Assembly (NCBI GenBank): GCA_965232515.1
Contig: CBDDPY010000002.1
Span: forward strand, 4,832,001-4,896,000
From: Alphaproteobacteria bacterium
Lineage (GTDB): Bacteria; Pseudomonadota; Alphaproteobacteria; GCA-2731375
Length of the DNA stretch: 64,000 bases
Direction of reading: 5' to 3'
Both the position numbers and the translations under genes were made by a program. The number at the start of each line of letters is the position of its first letter. The stretch's first letter is position 1. Below are positions 40,625 to 50,340 of the stretch, piece after piece. The notes beneath the pieces are model-generated. The model saw only the letters and a program-made list of their open reading frames with translations. It did no database searches and was not told the origin of the DNA.

Positions 40625-40805
40625 GGCGGTTCTGAGAAGAGGGAAGCCGGTGACGCCAGCCCGACGGATCGAGACGATCCAGGCGGCAATTCCGGCGCTG
40701 CCCCCGCAACTGTAAGGGTGAGGAACCAGCGAACGCCACTGGCGCGGCCCGCAATGGGCGGCCGGGAAGGCGCTGGGACCGACGAACCCGAGCCAGGAGA
40801 CCTCC
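40625..40805 (+). promoter_or_regulatory. Cobalamin riboswitch (B12 element)
   Basis: GGT..AAGAGGGAAGCCGGTG...AATTCCGGCGCTGCCCCCGCAACTGT...GCCACTG...CGGGAAGG...GAGCCAGGAGACCT directly upstream of cob genes. Confidence 0.95.
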
Positions 40806-40877
40806 TCAGGACCGATTGGCCGACGGTCGGCCGCGAATCCCTCGCGGCCGCCACGTCCTCGGAGGGGGGATGCGCCA

Positions 40878-41441
40878 TTGGCAATTGACGCCGGTGCCGT
40901 TCAGGTGGCTTTGCCGCCGGTGACCTTGATTTTGGGCGGCGCGCGCTCGGGCAAGAGCGTGTTTGCCGAAGGCTTGTGCGAAAGCCGGCCGGGCGACTGC
41001 GTCTACCTGGCGACCGCGGAAGCGCGCGACGACGAGATGACCGCGCGCATCGCCGAGCATCGCGCGCGGCGCGGCGATCGCTGGTCCACATCCGAAGAAC
41101 CGCTCGATCTGGCCGGCGCCCTCGCCCGCATGGCGCGCGCCGAGCGGACCGTGCTGGTCGATTGCCTCACGCTCTGGCTGAGCAACCTGCTCGAGCAGAA
41201 CCGCGACGTTGGGGCCGAAACAGCGGCGTTGGTCGACTGTCTCGGCCGCCTCGAGGGACCTGTCGTGCTCATTTCCAACGAAGTCGGCCTCGGCATCGTG
41301 CCGGACAATGCGCTCGCGCGCGCGTTTCGCGACCATGCTGGCCGTTTGAACCAGGCCGTGGCCGCGGCGGCGCAGCGTGTAGTCTTCGTTGCCGCCGGCC
41401 TGCCGATGATCATGAAAGACGAGATGAGGGGGGAAGGATGA
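40878..41441 (+). CDS. cobP: Adenosylcobinamide kinase / phosphate guanylyltransferase (CobP; CobU in enteric naming)
   Basis: LGGARSGKS, YLATA, HRARR, VDCLTLWL, SNEVGLG. Confidence 0.93.
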   Translation: MAIDAGAVQVALPPVTLILGGARSGKSVFAEGLCESRPGDCVYLATAEARDDEMTARIAEHRARRGDRWSTSEEPLDLAGALARMARAERTVLVDCLTLWLSNLLEQNRDVGAETAALVDCLGRLEGPVVLISNEVGLGIVPDNALARAFRDHAGRLNQAVAAAAQRVVFVAAGLPMIMKDEMRGEG

Positions 41442-42466
41442 CCCAGAAAATCCCGGCGACGGTAATTACCGGCTTTCTCGGTGCCGGCAAGACCAGCATG
41501 ATCCGGCACCTGTTGGGCCGCGCCAACGGTCGGCGGCTGGCATTGATCATCAATGAGTTCGGCGACCTCGGCGTCGACCGGGAGATCCTCGCCGGCTGCG
41601 AAATCGAGGGCTGCGCCGACGAAGATCTGGTCGAGCTCGCCAACGGCTGCATCTGCTGCACTGTCGCCGACGACTTTCTGCCGACCATCGAGGCCCTTCT
41701 CGACCGGCCAGAGCCACCCGACCACATCGTCATCGAGACCTCGGGCCTGGCCCTGCCGAAGCCGCTGGTCAAGGCCTTCAACTGGCCGGAGATCCGCACC
41801 CGCGTCACCGTCGATGGCGTCATTGCCGTGGTCGACGGCCCGGCGCTGGCCGAGGGCCGGTTTGCCGACGATCCCGACGCGGTGGCGGCGCAGCGGTCGG
41901 CCGATCCCAATCTCGATCACGAATCGCCGCTCGCCGAGTTGTTCGAGGACCAGCTCAACTGCGCCGACATCGTCGTCGTCAACAAGGCGGACCTGCTGGA
42001 CAAGACGGCGAAGCAGCGGGTCGAGACCGAGGTCCGGGCCGAGCTGAAGCGCGAGGCCAAGCTGCTGACGGCCGCCTATGGCGTGGTCGACCCGTCCGTG
42101 CTGCTGGGGCTCGATGCGGCCGCCGAGGACGACCTCGACAGCCGGCCGTCGCATCACGACGGCGACGACGATCACGACCACGACGATTTCGACAGCTTCG
42201 TGGTGCCGGTCGGCGAAATCGCCACACCGACAGATCTGTTGCAACGGCTGACGGCCGCCGTCGCCGCGCATGACATCCTGCGGGTGAAAGGCTTCGTGCC
42301 GGTCGCCGGCAAGGACATGCGGCTGCTGGTTCAGGGTGTGGGCGGGCGCTTTCAGCACTATTACGACCGGCCCTGGGCGCCGGACGACGACCGAGAGGGG
42401 CGGCTGGTGGTGATCGGCCAGACCGGCCTTGACGAAGCCGCCATCGCGCGGGCGCTGGTGGGCTAG
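41438..42466 (+). CDS. cobW: Cobalamin biosynthesis GTPase CobW
   Basis: TGFLGAGKT, NGCICCT, ETSGLALPKPL, His/Asp-rich linker. Confidence 0.95.
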   Translation: MTQKIPATVITGFLGAGKTSMIRHLLGRANGRRLALIINEFGDLGVDREILAGCEIEGCADEDLVELANGCICCTVADDFLPTIEALLDRPEPPDHIVIETSGLALPKPLVKAFNWPEIRTRVTVDGVIAVVDGPALAEGRFADDPDAVAAQRSADPNLDHESPLAELFEDQLNCADIVVVNKADLLDKTAKQRVETEVRAELKREAKLLTAAYGVVDPSVLLGLDAAAEDDLDSRPSHHDGDDDHDHDDFDSFVVPVGEIATPTDLLQRLTAAVAAHDILRVKGFVPVAGKDMRLLVQGVGGRFQHYYDRPWAPDDDREGRLVVIGQTGLDEAAIARALVG

Positions 42467-42470
42467 CGGC

Positions 42471-45400
42471 TTGCATCTGCTGGCGGCACAACCCGGCGGC
42501 GTCGCCGACAGTGGCGAGGCCGTCGACCTGGGGCAGAGCCCCGGCGACATTGTCGTGCTGTCGGCCGCCGATACCGAGATCGCCTGTCTGGCGGCGGCAC
42601 GCACGCGGTTGGGCGAGGCGTTCCCGCGCGTGCGGCTCGCCAACCTGATGAACCTGATGCACAACCTGTCGGTCGACACCTATGTGGATGACGTTGTCCG
42701 GCACGCGCGCATCGTGGTGGTACGGCTGCTGGGCGGCGTCTCCTACTGGCCCTATGGTGTCGAACAGCTCGTCGCCTGCTGCCGTGACAACGGCATCGCG
42801 CTCGCGCTGCTGCCGGGCGACGACCAGCCCGACGCCGGCCTCGACGGTCTCTGCACGCTTCCGCGCGAGGCGGCGCACCGGCTCTGGCAGTACGGCGTTC
42901 ACGGCGGCATCGAGAACGCCGCGAACCTGCTGCGCTACGCCGCCGATCTGATCGGCGAGGCCAGCGATTGGGACGAACCGGCGCCGCTGCTGCGCGCCGG
43001 CATCTATTGGCCGGACCTTGATCGTCCCGGCATCGACGATTTGCGCGCGGCCTGGACCGACAATGCACCGGTGGCCGCGATCGTGTTCTATCGCGCTCTG
43101 GTGCAGGCGGCCAATCTGGCGCCGGTCGATGCCCTGATCCAGGCACTCAGAGTGCGCGGCATCAATCCATTGCCGATTTATGCCGCCAGCCTGAAGGAAC
43201 CGGTCGCCGCCGGCATCGTCCGGACGCTGTTGGCGGACGCCCCGCCCGATGCGATTCTGAACGCCACCGCCTTCGCCATTTCCACGCCCGGCGCTGCACG
43301 GACCGAAACGCCGTTCGACGCGTCAGATTGTCCGGTCTTCCAAGTGGTGTTCGCCGGCGGCGCCGAGGCGGCCTGGCGCGACGGCCTCAACGGCCTGTCG
43401 GCCCGCGACATCGCCATGAACGTGGCCTTGCCCGAGGTCGACGGCCGCCTGATCACCCGGGCCGTCTCGTTCAAGGCGGAGGCCCGCTTCGACGCCGCCA
43501 CCGAAACGTCCGTTGTCGCCTATGAGTGCGTGCCGGACCGGATCGACTTCGTCGCCGACCTCGCCGCCGCCTGGAGCCGCCTGCGCCGCGCCGACCCGGC
43601 CGACCGCCGCGTGGCGCTGATCCTCGCCAACTATCCCAACCGCGACGGCCGCATCGGCAACGGCGTCGGCCTCGACACGCCGGCCGGCGCCGCGAACGTC
43701 CTGCGCGAGCTCGACAGGGCCGGCTACGCGGTCAATGATCTGCCATCCGATGGCAACGCCCTGATCGCGCGACTGTTGACCGGACCGACGAATGACCGGC
43801 GACAGAGCTGCGAGCAAGACGGCGGCGAGACGTTGTCGCTCGCCGACTATGAGCTGTTCTTCTCTGGCTTGCCGGCCACGGTGCGCGAACAGGTCCGCGA
43901 CCGCTGGGGCCCGCCCGAGGCCGATCCATTCTTCGTCGCGGGCGACGTCGATTGCGGCCGGTTCCGGCTGCCCGTGCATCGGCTCGGCAACATCGCGCTC
44001 GCGGTGCAGCCGGCGCGCGGTTACAACATCGATCCAGCGGAAAGCTATCACGATCCCGATCTGCCGCCGCCGCATGGCTATCTCGCCTTCTACGCTTGGC
44101 TGCGCCGGGACTTCGATGCCCATGCCGCCGTCCACATGGGCAAGCATGGCAACCTGGAATGGCTGCCGGGGAAGGCGCTGGCCCTGTCGGCGGACTGTTT
44201 CCCGGAAGCCGCCTTTGGCCCGCTGCCGCATCTCTATCCCTTCATCGTCAACGATCCCGGCGAAGGCAGTCAGGCCAAGCGCCGCACGGCGGCCGTCATC
44301 GTCGATCACCTGACGCCACCGCTGACCCGCGCCGAGAGCTACGGCCCGTTGAAGGAGCTGGAGCGTCTGGTTGACGAATACTACGCGGCGGCCGGCATGG
44401 ACCCGCGCCGTCTCAAGCTGCTGCGCGGCCAGATCCTCGAGCTCTGCCGCGGCACCGGCCTCGACCGCGACTGCGGCATCGCCCCGGATGACGGCGTCGA
44501 CGACGCGCTGCAGAAGCTCGACGCCTATCTCTGCGAGCTGAAGGAAATGCAGATCCGCCACGGCCTGCACGTCTTCGGCCAGTCGCCTGACGGCGACCTG
44601 TTGACAGACCTCCTGGTGGCGCTCGTCCGCGTGCCGCGCGGCACCGGCGACGACGCGGACGCCTCGCTGATCCGGGCGTTGGCGGCGGACCTGGGCCTCG
44701 ACGGTTTCGACCCGTTGGACTGCGACATGGCCGCGCCATGGCACGGCGCGCGACCGGACGCATTGCAAAACGGCATCGTCTGGCGCAGCCACGGCGACAC
44801 GGTCGAGCTGTTGGAAGCATTGGCGCGCGATCTCGTCGCCGGCAAGCGTGCGCCAGCGGTCGAATGGACGGGAACCCAAGCCGTTTTGTCGCAGATCGAC
44901 GCGCAACTGCGCCCGGCCGTGGCGGACTGCGGCGCGGCCGAGATCGCCGGCCTGATGCGCGGCCTCGACGGCCGTTTCGTCGCGCCCGGACCGTCCGGCG
45001 CGCCGACCCGCGGCCGGCCGGACGTGCTGCCGACCGGCCGCAACTTCTATTCCGTCGATACCCGCACCGTGCCCACACCAGCCGCCTGGCAGCTCGGCTG
45101 GAAGTCGGCCAACCTGCTGCTCGAGCGCTATCGGCAGGAAAACGGCGAATGGCCGACGGCATTGGCGTTGTCTGCCTGGGGTACGGCCAACATGCGCACC
45201 GGCGGCGATGACCTGGCGCAGGCCATGGCCTTGCTCGGCGTGCGGCCGACCTGGGACGGCGCGTCGAGCCGCGTCACCGGTTTCGAGGTGCTGCCGCTCG
45301 ACTTGCTCGACCGCCCACGCGTCGACGTCACGCTGCGCATCTCCGGTTTCTTCCGCGACGCCTTCCCGGCGCAGATCGACCTGCTCGACCGCGCCGTGCG

Positions 45401-46220
45401 TCGTGTGGCCGAACTGGACGAGCCGCCGGCGCTCAATCCAATTGCCGACCGTGTCGCGGCCGATGCGACGCGGTTGCGCGATACGGGTTTGGACGAGACG
45501 GCCGCCGCCGCGCGCGCGGCGCACCGTATCTTCGGCTCGAAGCCGGGCGCCTATGGCGCGGGCCTGCAGGCCTTGATCGACGAGCGGGGCTGGCGCTCGG
45601 ATGCCGATCTCGCGCGCGCCTACGTGGCCTGGGGCGGCTATGCCTATGGTGCTGGCGGCGGCGCTGCCGAGCATCGGCTGTTCGAGCGGCGCCTGAAGGA
45701 CATCGAGCTGGTGCTGCACAACCAGGACAACCGGGAGCACGACCTGCTCGACTCCGACGACTATTACCAGTTCGAGGGCGGCATCACCGCCGCCGTGCGC
45801 ATCGCCTCCGGCCGGCAGCCGGCGGTCTATCACAACGATCATTCCCGGCCCGAGAGCCCGAAGATCCGCACGCTGGAAGAAGAAATCGGCCGCGTCGTCC
45901 GCGCCCGTGTCGTCAATCCGAAATGGATCGCCGGCGTCATGCGGCACGGCTACAAGGGCGCGTTCGAGATGGCGGCGACGGTCGATTATCTCTTCGCCTT
46001 CGCGGCGACGGCGCGCTGCGTCGCCGACCATCACTTCGATGCGGTATACGATGCCTATCTGGGCGACGACGATGTGCGCGACTTCATCGCCGACAACAAT
46101 CCGGCGGCGCTGCGCGAGATCGCCGAGCGGCTGATCGAGGCTCAGGAACGGGGACTCTGGCGGCCGCGCCGCAATTCGACCGCCGGACATCTGGCCGACC
46201 TGGCCGGGGAGGGGACATGA
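42471..46220 (+). CDS. cobN: Cobaltochelatase subunit CobN
   Basis: TTG start (M)HLLAAQPG; GNGVGLDTP, HMGKHGNLEWLPGK, LPTGRNFY. Confidence 0.96.
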   Translation: MHLLAAQPGGVADSGEAVDLGQSPGDIVVLSAADTEIACLAAARTRLGEAFPRVRLANLMNLMHNLSVDTYVDDVVRHARIVVVRLLGGVSYWPYGVEQLVACCRDNGIALALLPGDDQPDAGLDGLCTLPREAAHRLWQYGVHGGIENAANLLRYAADLIGEASDWDEPAPLLRAGIYWPDLDRPGIDDLRAAWTDNAPVAAIVFYRALVQAANLAPVDALIQALRVRGINPLPIYAASLKEPVAAGIVRTLLADAPPDAILNATAFAISTPGAARTETPFDASDCPVFQVVFAGGAEAAWRDGLNGLSARDIAMNVALPEVDGRLITRAVSFKAEARFDAATETSVVAYECVPDRIDFVADLAAAWSRLRRADPADRRVALILANYPNRDGRIGNGVGLDTPAGAANVLRELDRAGYAVNDLPSDGNALIARLLTGPTNDRRQSCEQDGGETLSLADYELFFSGLPATVREQVRDRWGPPEADPFFVAGDVDCGRFRLPVHRLGNIALAVQPARGYNIDPAESYHDPDLPPPHGYLAFYAWLRRDFDAHAAVHMGKHGNLEWLPGKALALSADCFPEAAFGPLPHLYPFIVNDPGEGSQAKRRTAAVIVDHLTPPLTRAESYGPLKELERLVDEYYAAAGMDPRRLKLLRGQILELCRGTGLDRDCGIAPDDGVDDALQKLDAYLCELKEMQIRHGLHVFGQSPDGDLLTDLLVALVRVPRGTGDDADASLIRALAADLGLDGFDPLDCDMAAPWHGARPDALQNGIVWRSHGDTVELLEALARDLVAGKRAPAVEWTGTQAVLSQIDAQLRPAVADCGAAEIAGLMRGLDGRFVAPGPSGAPTRGRPDVLPTGRNFYSVDTRTVPTPAAWQLGWKSANLLLERYRQENGEWPTALALSAWGTANMRTGGDDLAQAMALLGVRPTWDGASSRVTGFEVLPLDLLDRPRVDVTLRISGFFRDAFPAQIDLLDRAVRRVAELDEPPALNPIADRVAADATRLRDTGLDETAAAARAAHRIFGSKPGAYGAGLQALIDERGWRSDADLARAYVAWGGYAYGAGGGAAEHRLFERRLKDIELVLHNQDNREHDLLDSDDYYQFEGGITAAVRIASGRQPAVYHNDHSRPESPKIRTLEEEIGRVVRARVVNPKWIAGVMRHGYKGAFEMAATVDYLFAFAATARCVADHHFDAVYDAYLGDDDVRDFIADNNPAALREIAERLIEAQERGLWRPRRNSTAGHLADLAGEGT

Positions 46221-46852
46221 CCAGCGAACCGACGCAAGCCGAGCTCGACGCCCGCCACGCCGAGAAGATGCGCAAGAAGAAGGCCGCGCGCGACAAGATC
46301 CTGGCCACCAAGACCATCGAGAAGGGCCTGCTGATCGTTCACACCGGCAAGGGCAAGGGCAAGTCGACGGCGGCATTCGGCCTGGTCATGCGGGCGCTGG
46401 GCCGCGGTTTCCCCATCGGCATCGTGCAGTTCGTCAAGGGCAAGTGGGAGACCGGTGAGCGTGCCGTGCTGGAGAAGTTCCCCGATCTCGTCACCATGCG
46501 CACCATGGGCGAGGGCTTCACCTGGGACACCCAGGACCGGCAGCGCGACATCGACGCCGCCCGGCAGGCCTGGGACGTGGCGAAGGAGATGATCGAGGCC
46601 AGCCGTGGCCCGGACCCGGCCTACAAGATGATCCTGCTGGACGAGCTCAACATCGTGCTGCGCTACGACTATCTCGACATTGACGAGGTCGTGGACGTGC
46701 TGTCGAACCGGCCGCCCGATCTGCACGTCATCGTCACCGGCCGCAACGCCAAGGAGCCGCTGATCGAGGCGGCCGACCTCGTTACCGAGATGACCATGGT
46801 CAAGCACCCCTTCCGCGCCGGCGTGAAGGCGCAGCCGGGCATCGAGTTCTAG
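46217..46852 (+). CDS. cobO: Cob(I)yrinic acid a,c-diamide adenosyltransferase
   Basis: [32 protein letters not shown]. Confidence 0.95.
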   Translation: MTSEPTQAELDARHAEKMRKKKAARDKILATKTIEKGLLIVHTGKGKGKSTAAFGLVMRALGRGFPIGIVQFVKGKWETGERAVLEKFPDLVTMRTMGEGFTWDTQDRQRDIDAARQAWDVAKEMIEASRGPDPAYKMILLDELNIVLRYDYLDIDEVVDVLSNRPPDLHVIVTGRNAKEPLIEAADLVTEMTMVKHPFRAGVKAQPGIEF

Positions 46853-46860
46853 GGATTGCG

Positions 46861-48327
46861 ATGGCCACATCAGCGCTCATGTTCCAGGGCACCGGCTCCG
46901 ATGTCGGCAAGTCGACCGTCGTCGCCGGTCTCTGCCGCGCCTATGCTCGCCGGGGCTTGGCCGTGCGGCCGTTCAAGCCGCAGAACATGTCGAACAATGC
47001 CGCCGTCACGCCGGACGGCGGCGAGATCGGCCGGGCCCAGGCGCTGCAGGCGCGCGCCTGCGGCGTCGCACCCCATGTCGACATGAACCCGGTGCTGTTG
47101 AAACCACAGACCGAGATCGGCGCCCAGGTCGTAGTTCGCGGCCGTGTCATCGGCAACGCCAAGGCGCGCGAATACCAGGACATGAAGGCATCGCTGTTGC
47201 CCGACGTGCTCGATAGTTTCGACCGCCTGTCGCAAGACGCCGACCTGCTGCTGGTCGAGGGCGCCGGCAGCGCCTCGGAGGTGAACCTGCGCGCCGGCGA
47301 CATCGCCAACATGGGCTTCGCCGAGGCGGCCGACCTGCCGGTGGCGCTGATCGGCGACATCGACCGGGGCGGCGTCATCGCCGCCGTCGTCGGCACCTGC
47401 GCCCTGCTGCCGCCGGCCGAACGTGCGCGCCTCAAGGGCTATCTGATCAACAAGTTCCGGGGCGACGTCTCGCTGTTCGATGATGGTCTCGACATCATCC
47501 GCGACCGCACCGGCCTCGCCAGCTTCGGCGTCGTGCCGTATTTCCCCGACGCGCGGCAATTGCCGGCCGAGGATGCATTGGCACTCGACAGCCAGAGCTA
47601 TAGCGGTGACCGGCCACTCCGCATCGCCGTGCCGCAACTCTCGCGCATCGCCAACTTCGATGACCTCGATCCGCTGCGGGCCGAGCCCGATGTCGCGGTC
47701 GACGTGGTGCCGCCGGGCCGCGCGCTGCCGGGCGACGCCGATTTGATCCTGCTGCCGGGCTCGAAGGCGACGCTCGCCGATCTCGCATTTCTGCGCGAAC
47801 AGGGCTGGGACATCGATGTATCAGCCCATGTTCGCCGCGGCGGCGCCGTCATCGGCATCTGCGCCGGCTTCCAGATGCTGGGCCGCGAAGTCGCCGACCC
47901 CGACGGCATCGAGGGCGCCGCCGGCCGCGCCCCCGGCCTCGGCCTGCTCGACGTAACGACCAGACTGACGGCCGAGAAGGCGTTGATCCAAGTCGAGGGT
48001 GTCGCCCGCGACGGCGGCGAACCGGTGCGCGGTTACGAAATGCATGTCGGCGTCACCGACGGTCCGGACCTGGCCCGGCCATTCCTGACGCTCGGCAACC
48101 GCGACGACGGGGCGGTCTCGGCCGACGGCCGGGTGATGGGCTGCTACGTGCACGGGCTGTTCGCCGCCGACGGCTTTCGCCACGCCTTCCTAAACAAGCT
48201 CACATCGCGGCCGGAAAGCGGTGTCGTCTTCGACACGGTCGTCGAGCAAACCCTCGACGCGCTGGCCGATCATCTGGAAGCAGCCCTCGATCTCGACGCC
48301 ATGCTGGAGGTGTCGCGTGCTAGATAA
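46861..48327 (+). CDS. cobQ: Cobyric acid synthase
   Basis: [44 protein letters not shown]. Confidence 0.96.
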   Translation: MATSALMFQGTGSDVGKSTVVAGLCRAYARRGLAVRPFKPQNMSNNAAVTPDGGEIGRAQALQARACGVAPHVDMNPVLLKPQTEIGAQVVVRGRVIGNAKAREYQDMKASLLPDVLDSFDRLSQDADLLLVEGAGSASEVNLRAGDIANMGFAEAADLPVALIGDIDRGGVIAAVVGTCALLPPAERARLKGYLINKFRGDVSLFDDGLDIIRDRTGLASFGVVPYFPDARQLPAEDALALDSQSYSGDRPLRIAVPQLSRIANFDDLDPLRAEPDVAVDVVPPGRALPGDADLILLPGSKATLADLAFLREQGWDIDVSAHVRRGGAVIGICAGFQMLGREVADPDGIEGAAGRAPGLGLLDVTTRLTAEKALIQVEGVARDGGEPVRGYEMHVGVTDGPDLARPFLTLGNRDDGAVSADGRVMGCYVHGLFAADGFRHAFLNKLTSRPESGVVFDTVVEQTLDALADHLEAALDLDAMLEVSRAR

Positions 48328-49282
48328 GCCAGCACAACACGACCGCCGCCAGCAGCAGACCGCAGGCGATGGCGTAGAGCCTGAGCGCCCTGCGGATATC
48401 GTCGCTGGTGACGGCGCTGCGTCCGTCGCCCATCCAGGGATCGTCCTTGACGACGCCGCCGTAGCGTCGCGGCCCGTTCAGCGCCAGACCCAGCGCGCCG
48501 GCCATGGCTGCCTCCTGCCAGCCGGCGTTGGGCGAGCGATGCTTGCGCGCGTCGCGCCACATGGCGCGCCAGGCGTTGCCGGCCTCGGCCCAGGGAAACG
48601 CCGCCAGCGCCAGCAACCCGCCGGCAATCCGTGCCGGGATCAGGTTCACCAGGTCGTCGATGCGCGCCGCCGCCCAGCCGAACCTGCGGTAACGCGGCGC
48701 GGTATGGCCGATCATGCTGTCCGCCGTGTTGATCGCCTTGTAGGCCAGCAGGCCCGGCAGGCCGAGCAGCAGGTACCAGAACACCGGCGCCACGACGCCG
48801 TCGGAGAAGTTCTCGGCGCAGGATTCGATGGCCGCCCGGCCAACGCCCGCCGTGTCCAGCGACCGCGGATCGCGTCCGACGATATGCGCGACGGCCAACC
48901 GGCCGCCGTAGAGGCCATCGCGGTCCAGCGCACGGGCCACGGCCGCGACGTGGCCGTAGAGGTCGCGCTGCGCGATCAGCGTGGCGACCGCGAGAACCTC
49001 GATCAGCCAGCCGAACGGGAGTGCGCCGAAGATCCTGGTCAGCAACGCGCCGATGCTGGCCGCGAGGCCGGCCGTCAGCAGTATTGCCGCCAGTCCGCGC
49101 AACCGCCGCGCCTCGCCCCGGTTCAACTCCGCCTCGAGCCGGCCGACCAGCCGGCCGAACAGCACCACCGGATGCGGCACCCGGCGGTAAAGCGCCTTCG
49201 GATCGCCGATCAGCCAGTCCAGCAACAGCGCCAGCGTCAGCACGGCGCAAAGATCCACACCCGGAGTCGTCGACAACAACAT
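48320..49282 (-). CDS. cobD: Adenosylcobinamide-phosphate synthase (CobD/CbiB)
   Basis: GDP...[36 protein letters not shown]. Confidence 0.93.
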   Translation of the reverse strand: MLLSTTPGVDLCAVLTLALLLDWLIGDPKALYRRVPHPVVLFGRLVGRLEAELNRGEARRLRGLAAILLTAGLAASIGALLTRIFGALPFGWLIEVLAVATLIAQRDLYGHVAAVARALDRDGLYGGRLAVAHIVGRDPRSLDTAGVGRAAIESCAENFSDGVVAPVFWYLLLGLPGLLAYKAINTADSMIGHTAPRYRRFGWAAARIDDLVNLIPARIAGGLLALAAFPWAEAGNAWRAMWRDARKHRSPNAGWQEAAMAGALGLALNGPRRYGGVVKDDPWMGDGRSAVTSDDIRRALRLYAIACGLLLAAVVLCWLI

Positions 49283-49320
49283 GCCGACAGCATAAGTCGG
49301 TCGCAGAGGATGAAAACAGC

Positions 49321-50340
49321 ATGAGCAGATTGGGCGTCATGGTATGCGGCCACGGCAGCCGCGATACCGAGGCCGTGAGCGAATTCGAGGCCATCGCCAA
49401 CGGCCTGAAGGAACGCCTGCCGCAATACGACGTCGACAGCGGGTTCCTGGAATTCGCCCGGCCGATCATCCGCGACGGCCTCGACGCCCTGCGCGGCCGC
49501 GGCGTTCGCCGCATCCTGGCCGTGCCCGGCATGCTGTTCGCCGCGGGCCACGCCAAGAACGACATCCCTTCGGTGCTGAACACCTACGCGGCGCAACATG
49601 ACGATGTCGAAATCAACTATGGCCGCGAGCTCGGCATCGACCTGAAGCTGATCCGCGCCGCCGGCGACCGCATCGAGGCGGCGCTGGCCGCGGCCGGCGG
49701 CGATGTTGCCCGCCACGACACCTGCCTGGTCGTGGTCGGCCGCGGCGCGTCGGACCCCGACGCCAATTCCAACGTCGCCAAGGTCAGCCGCATGCTGTGG
49801 GAAGGCATGGGCTTCGGCTGGGCCGAGACCTGCTATTCCGGCGTCACCTTCCCGCTGGTCGAGCCGGGGCTGGAGCATGCCGCGCGGCTCGGCTATCGGC
49901 GTATCGTCGTCTTCCCCTACTTCCTGTTCACCGGCGTGCTGGTGAAGCGCATCTACAGCTACACCGACAAGGTCGCCGCCCGGCATCCGGAGATTGAGTT
50001 CATCAAGGCCGGCTATCTCAACGATCACCCGCTGGTGCTCGATACCTTCGCGGACCGCGTCGCCGAGATCCTGGACGGCACGAACGTCATGAACTGCCAG
50101 CTCTGCAAGTACCGCGAGCAGGTGCTGGGCTTCGAAACGGAAGTTGGCCTGGCGCAGGAAAGCCACCACCATCACGTCGAGGGCATTGGCACCGACGCAG
50201 ATCACGCGCACGACCATGGTCACAGTCATGGCCACGACCATCATCACGGCAATGGCCATCACCACCATCATCACCATCCCTACCCGCATGCCGACCATCC
50301 GCTGGGGCCGCGCAGCATGAAGGCGGACGACGCCGGCTAG
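49321..50340 (+). CDS. cbiX: Sirohydrochlorin cobaltochelatase CbiX (long form, MxCxxC motif and His-rich tail)
   Basis: CGHGSRD, FLEFA.P, AGHAKNDIP, PYFLFTG, MNCQLCKYR, poly-His C-terminus. Confidence 0.9.
   Translation: MSRLGVMVCGHGSRDTEAVSEFEAIANGLKERLPQYDVDSGFLEFARPIIRDGLDALRGRGVRRILAVPGMLFAAGHAKNDIPSVLNTYAAQHDDVEINYGRELGIDLKLIRAAGDRIEAALAAAGGDVARHDTCLVVVGRGASDPDANSNVAKVSRMLWEGMGFGWAETCYSGVTFPLVEPGLEHAARLGYRRIVVFPYFLFTGVLVKRIYSYTDKVAARHPEIEFIKAGYLNDHPLVLDTFADRVAEILDGTNVMNCQLCKYREQVLGFETEVGLAQESHHHHVEGIGTDADHAHDHGHSHGHDHHHGNGHHHHHHHPYPHADHPLGPRSMKADDAG

Noticed and set aside
43323-46376. Very long antisense or alternate-frame ORFs (e.g. 1017 aa opposite cobN, 12372-14558, 3626-5482, 20535-22238)
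   Set aside because: Expected shadow ORFs in high-GC coding DNA; no motifs; fully overlap well-supported genes
50161-50300. CAC/CAT low-complexity tract
   Set aside because: Encodes the known His-rich tail of CbiX
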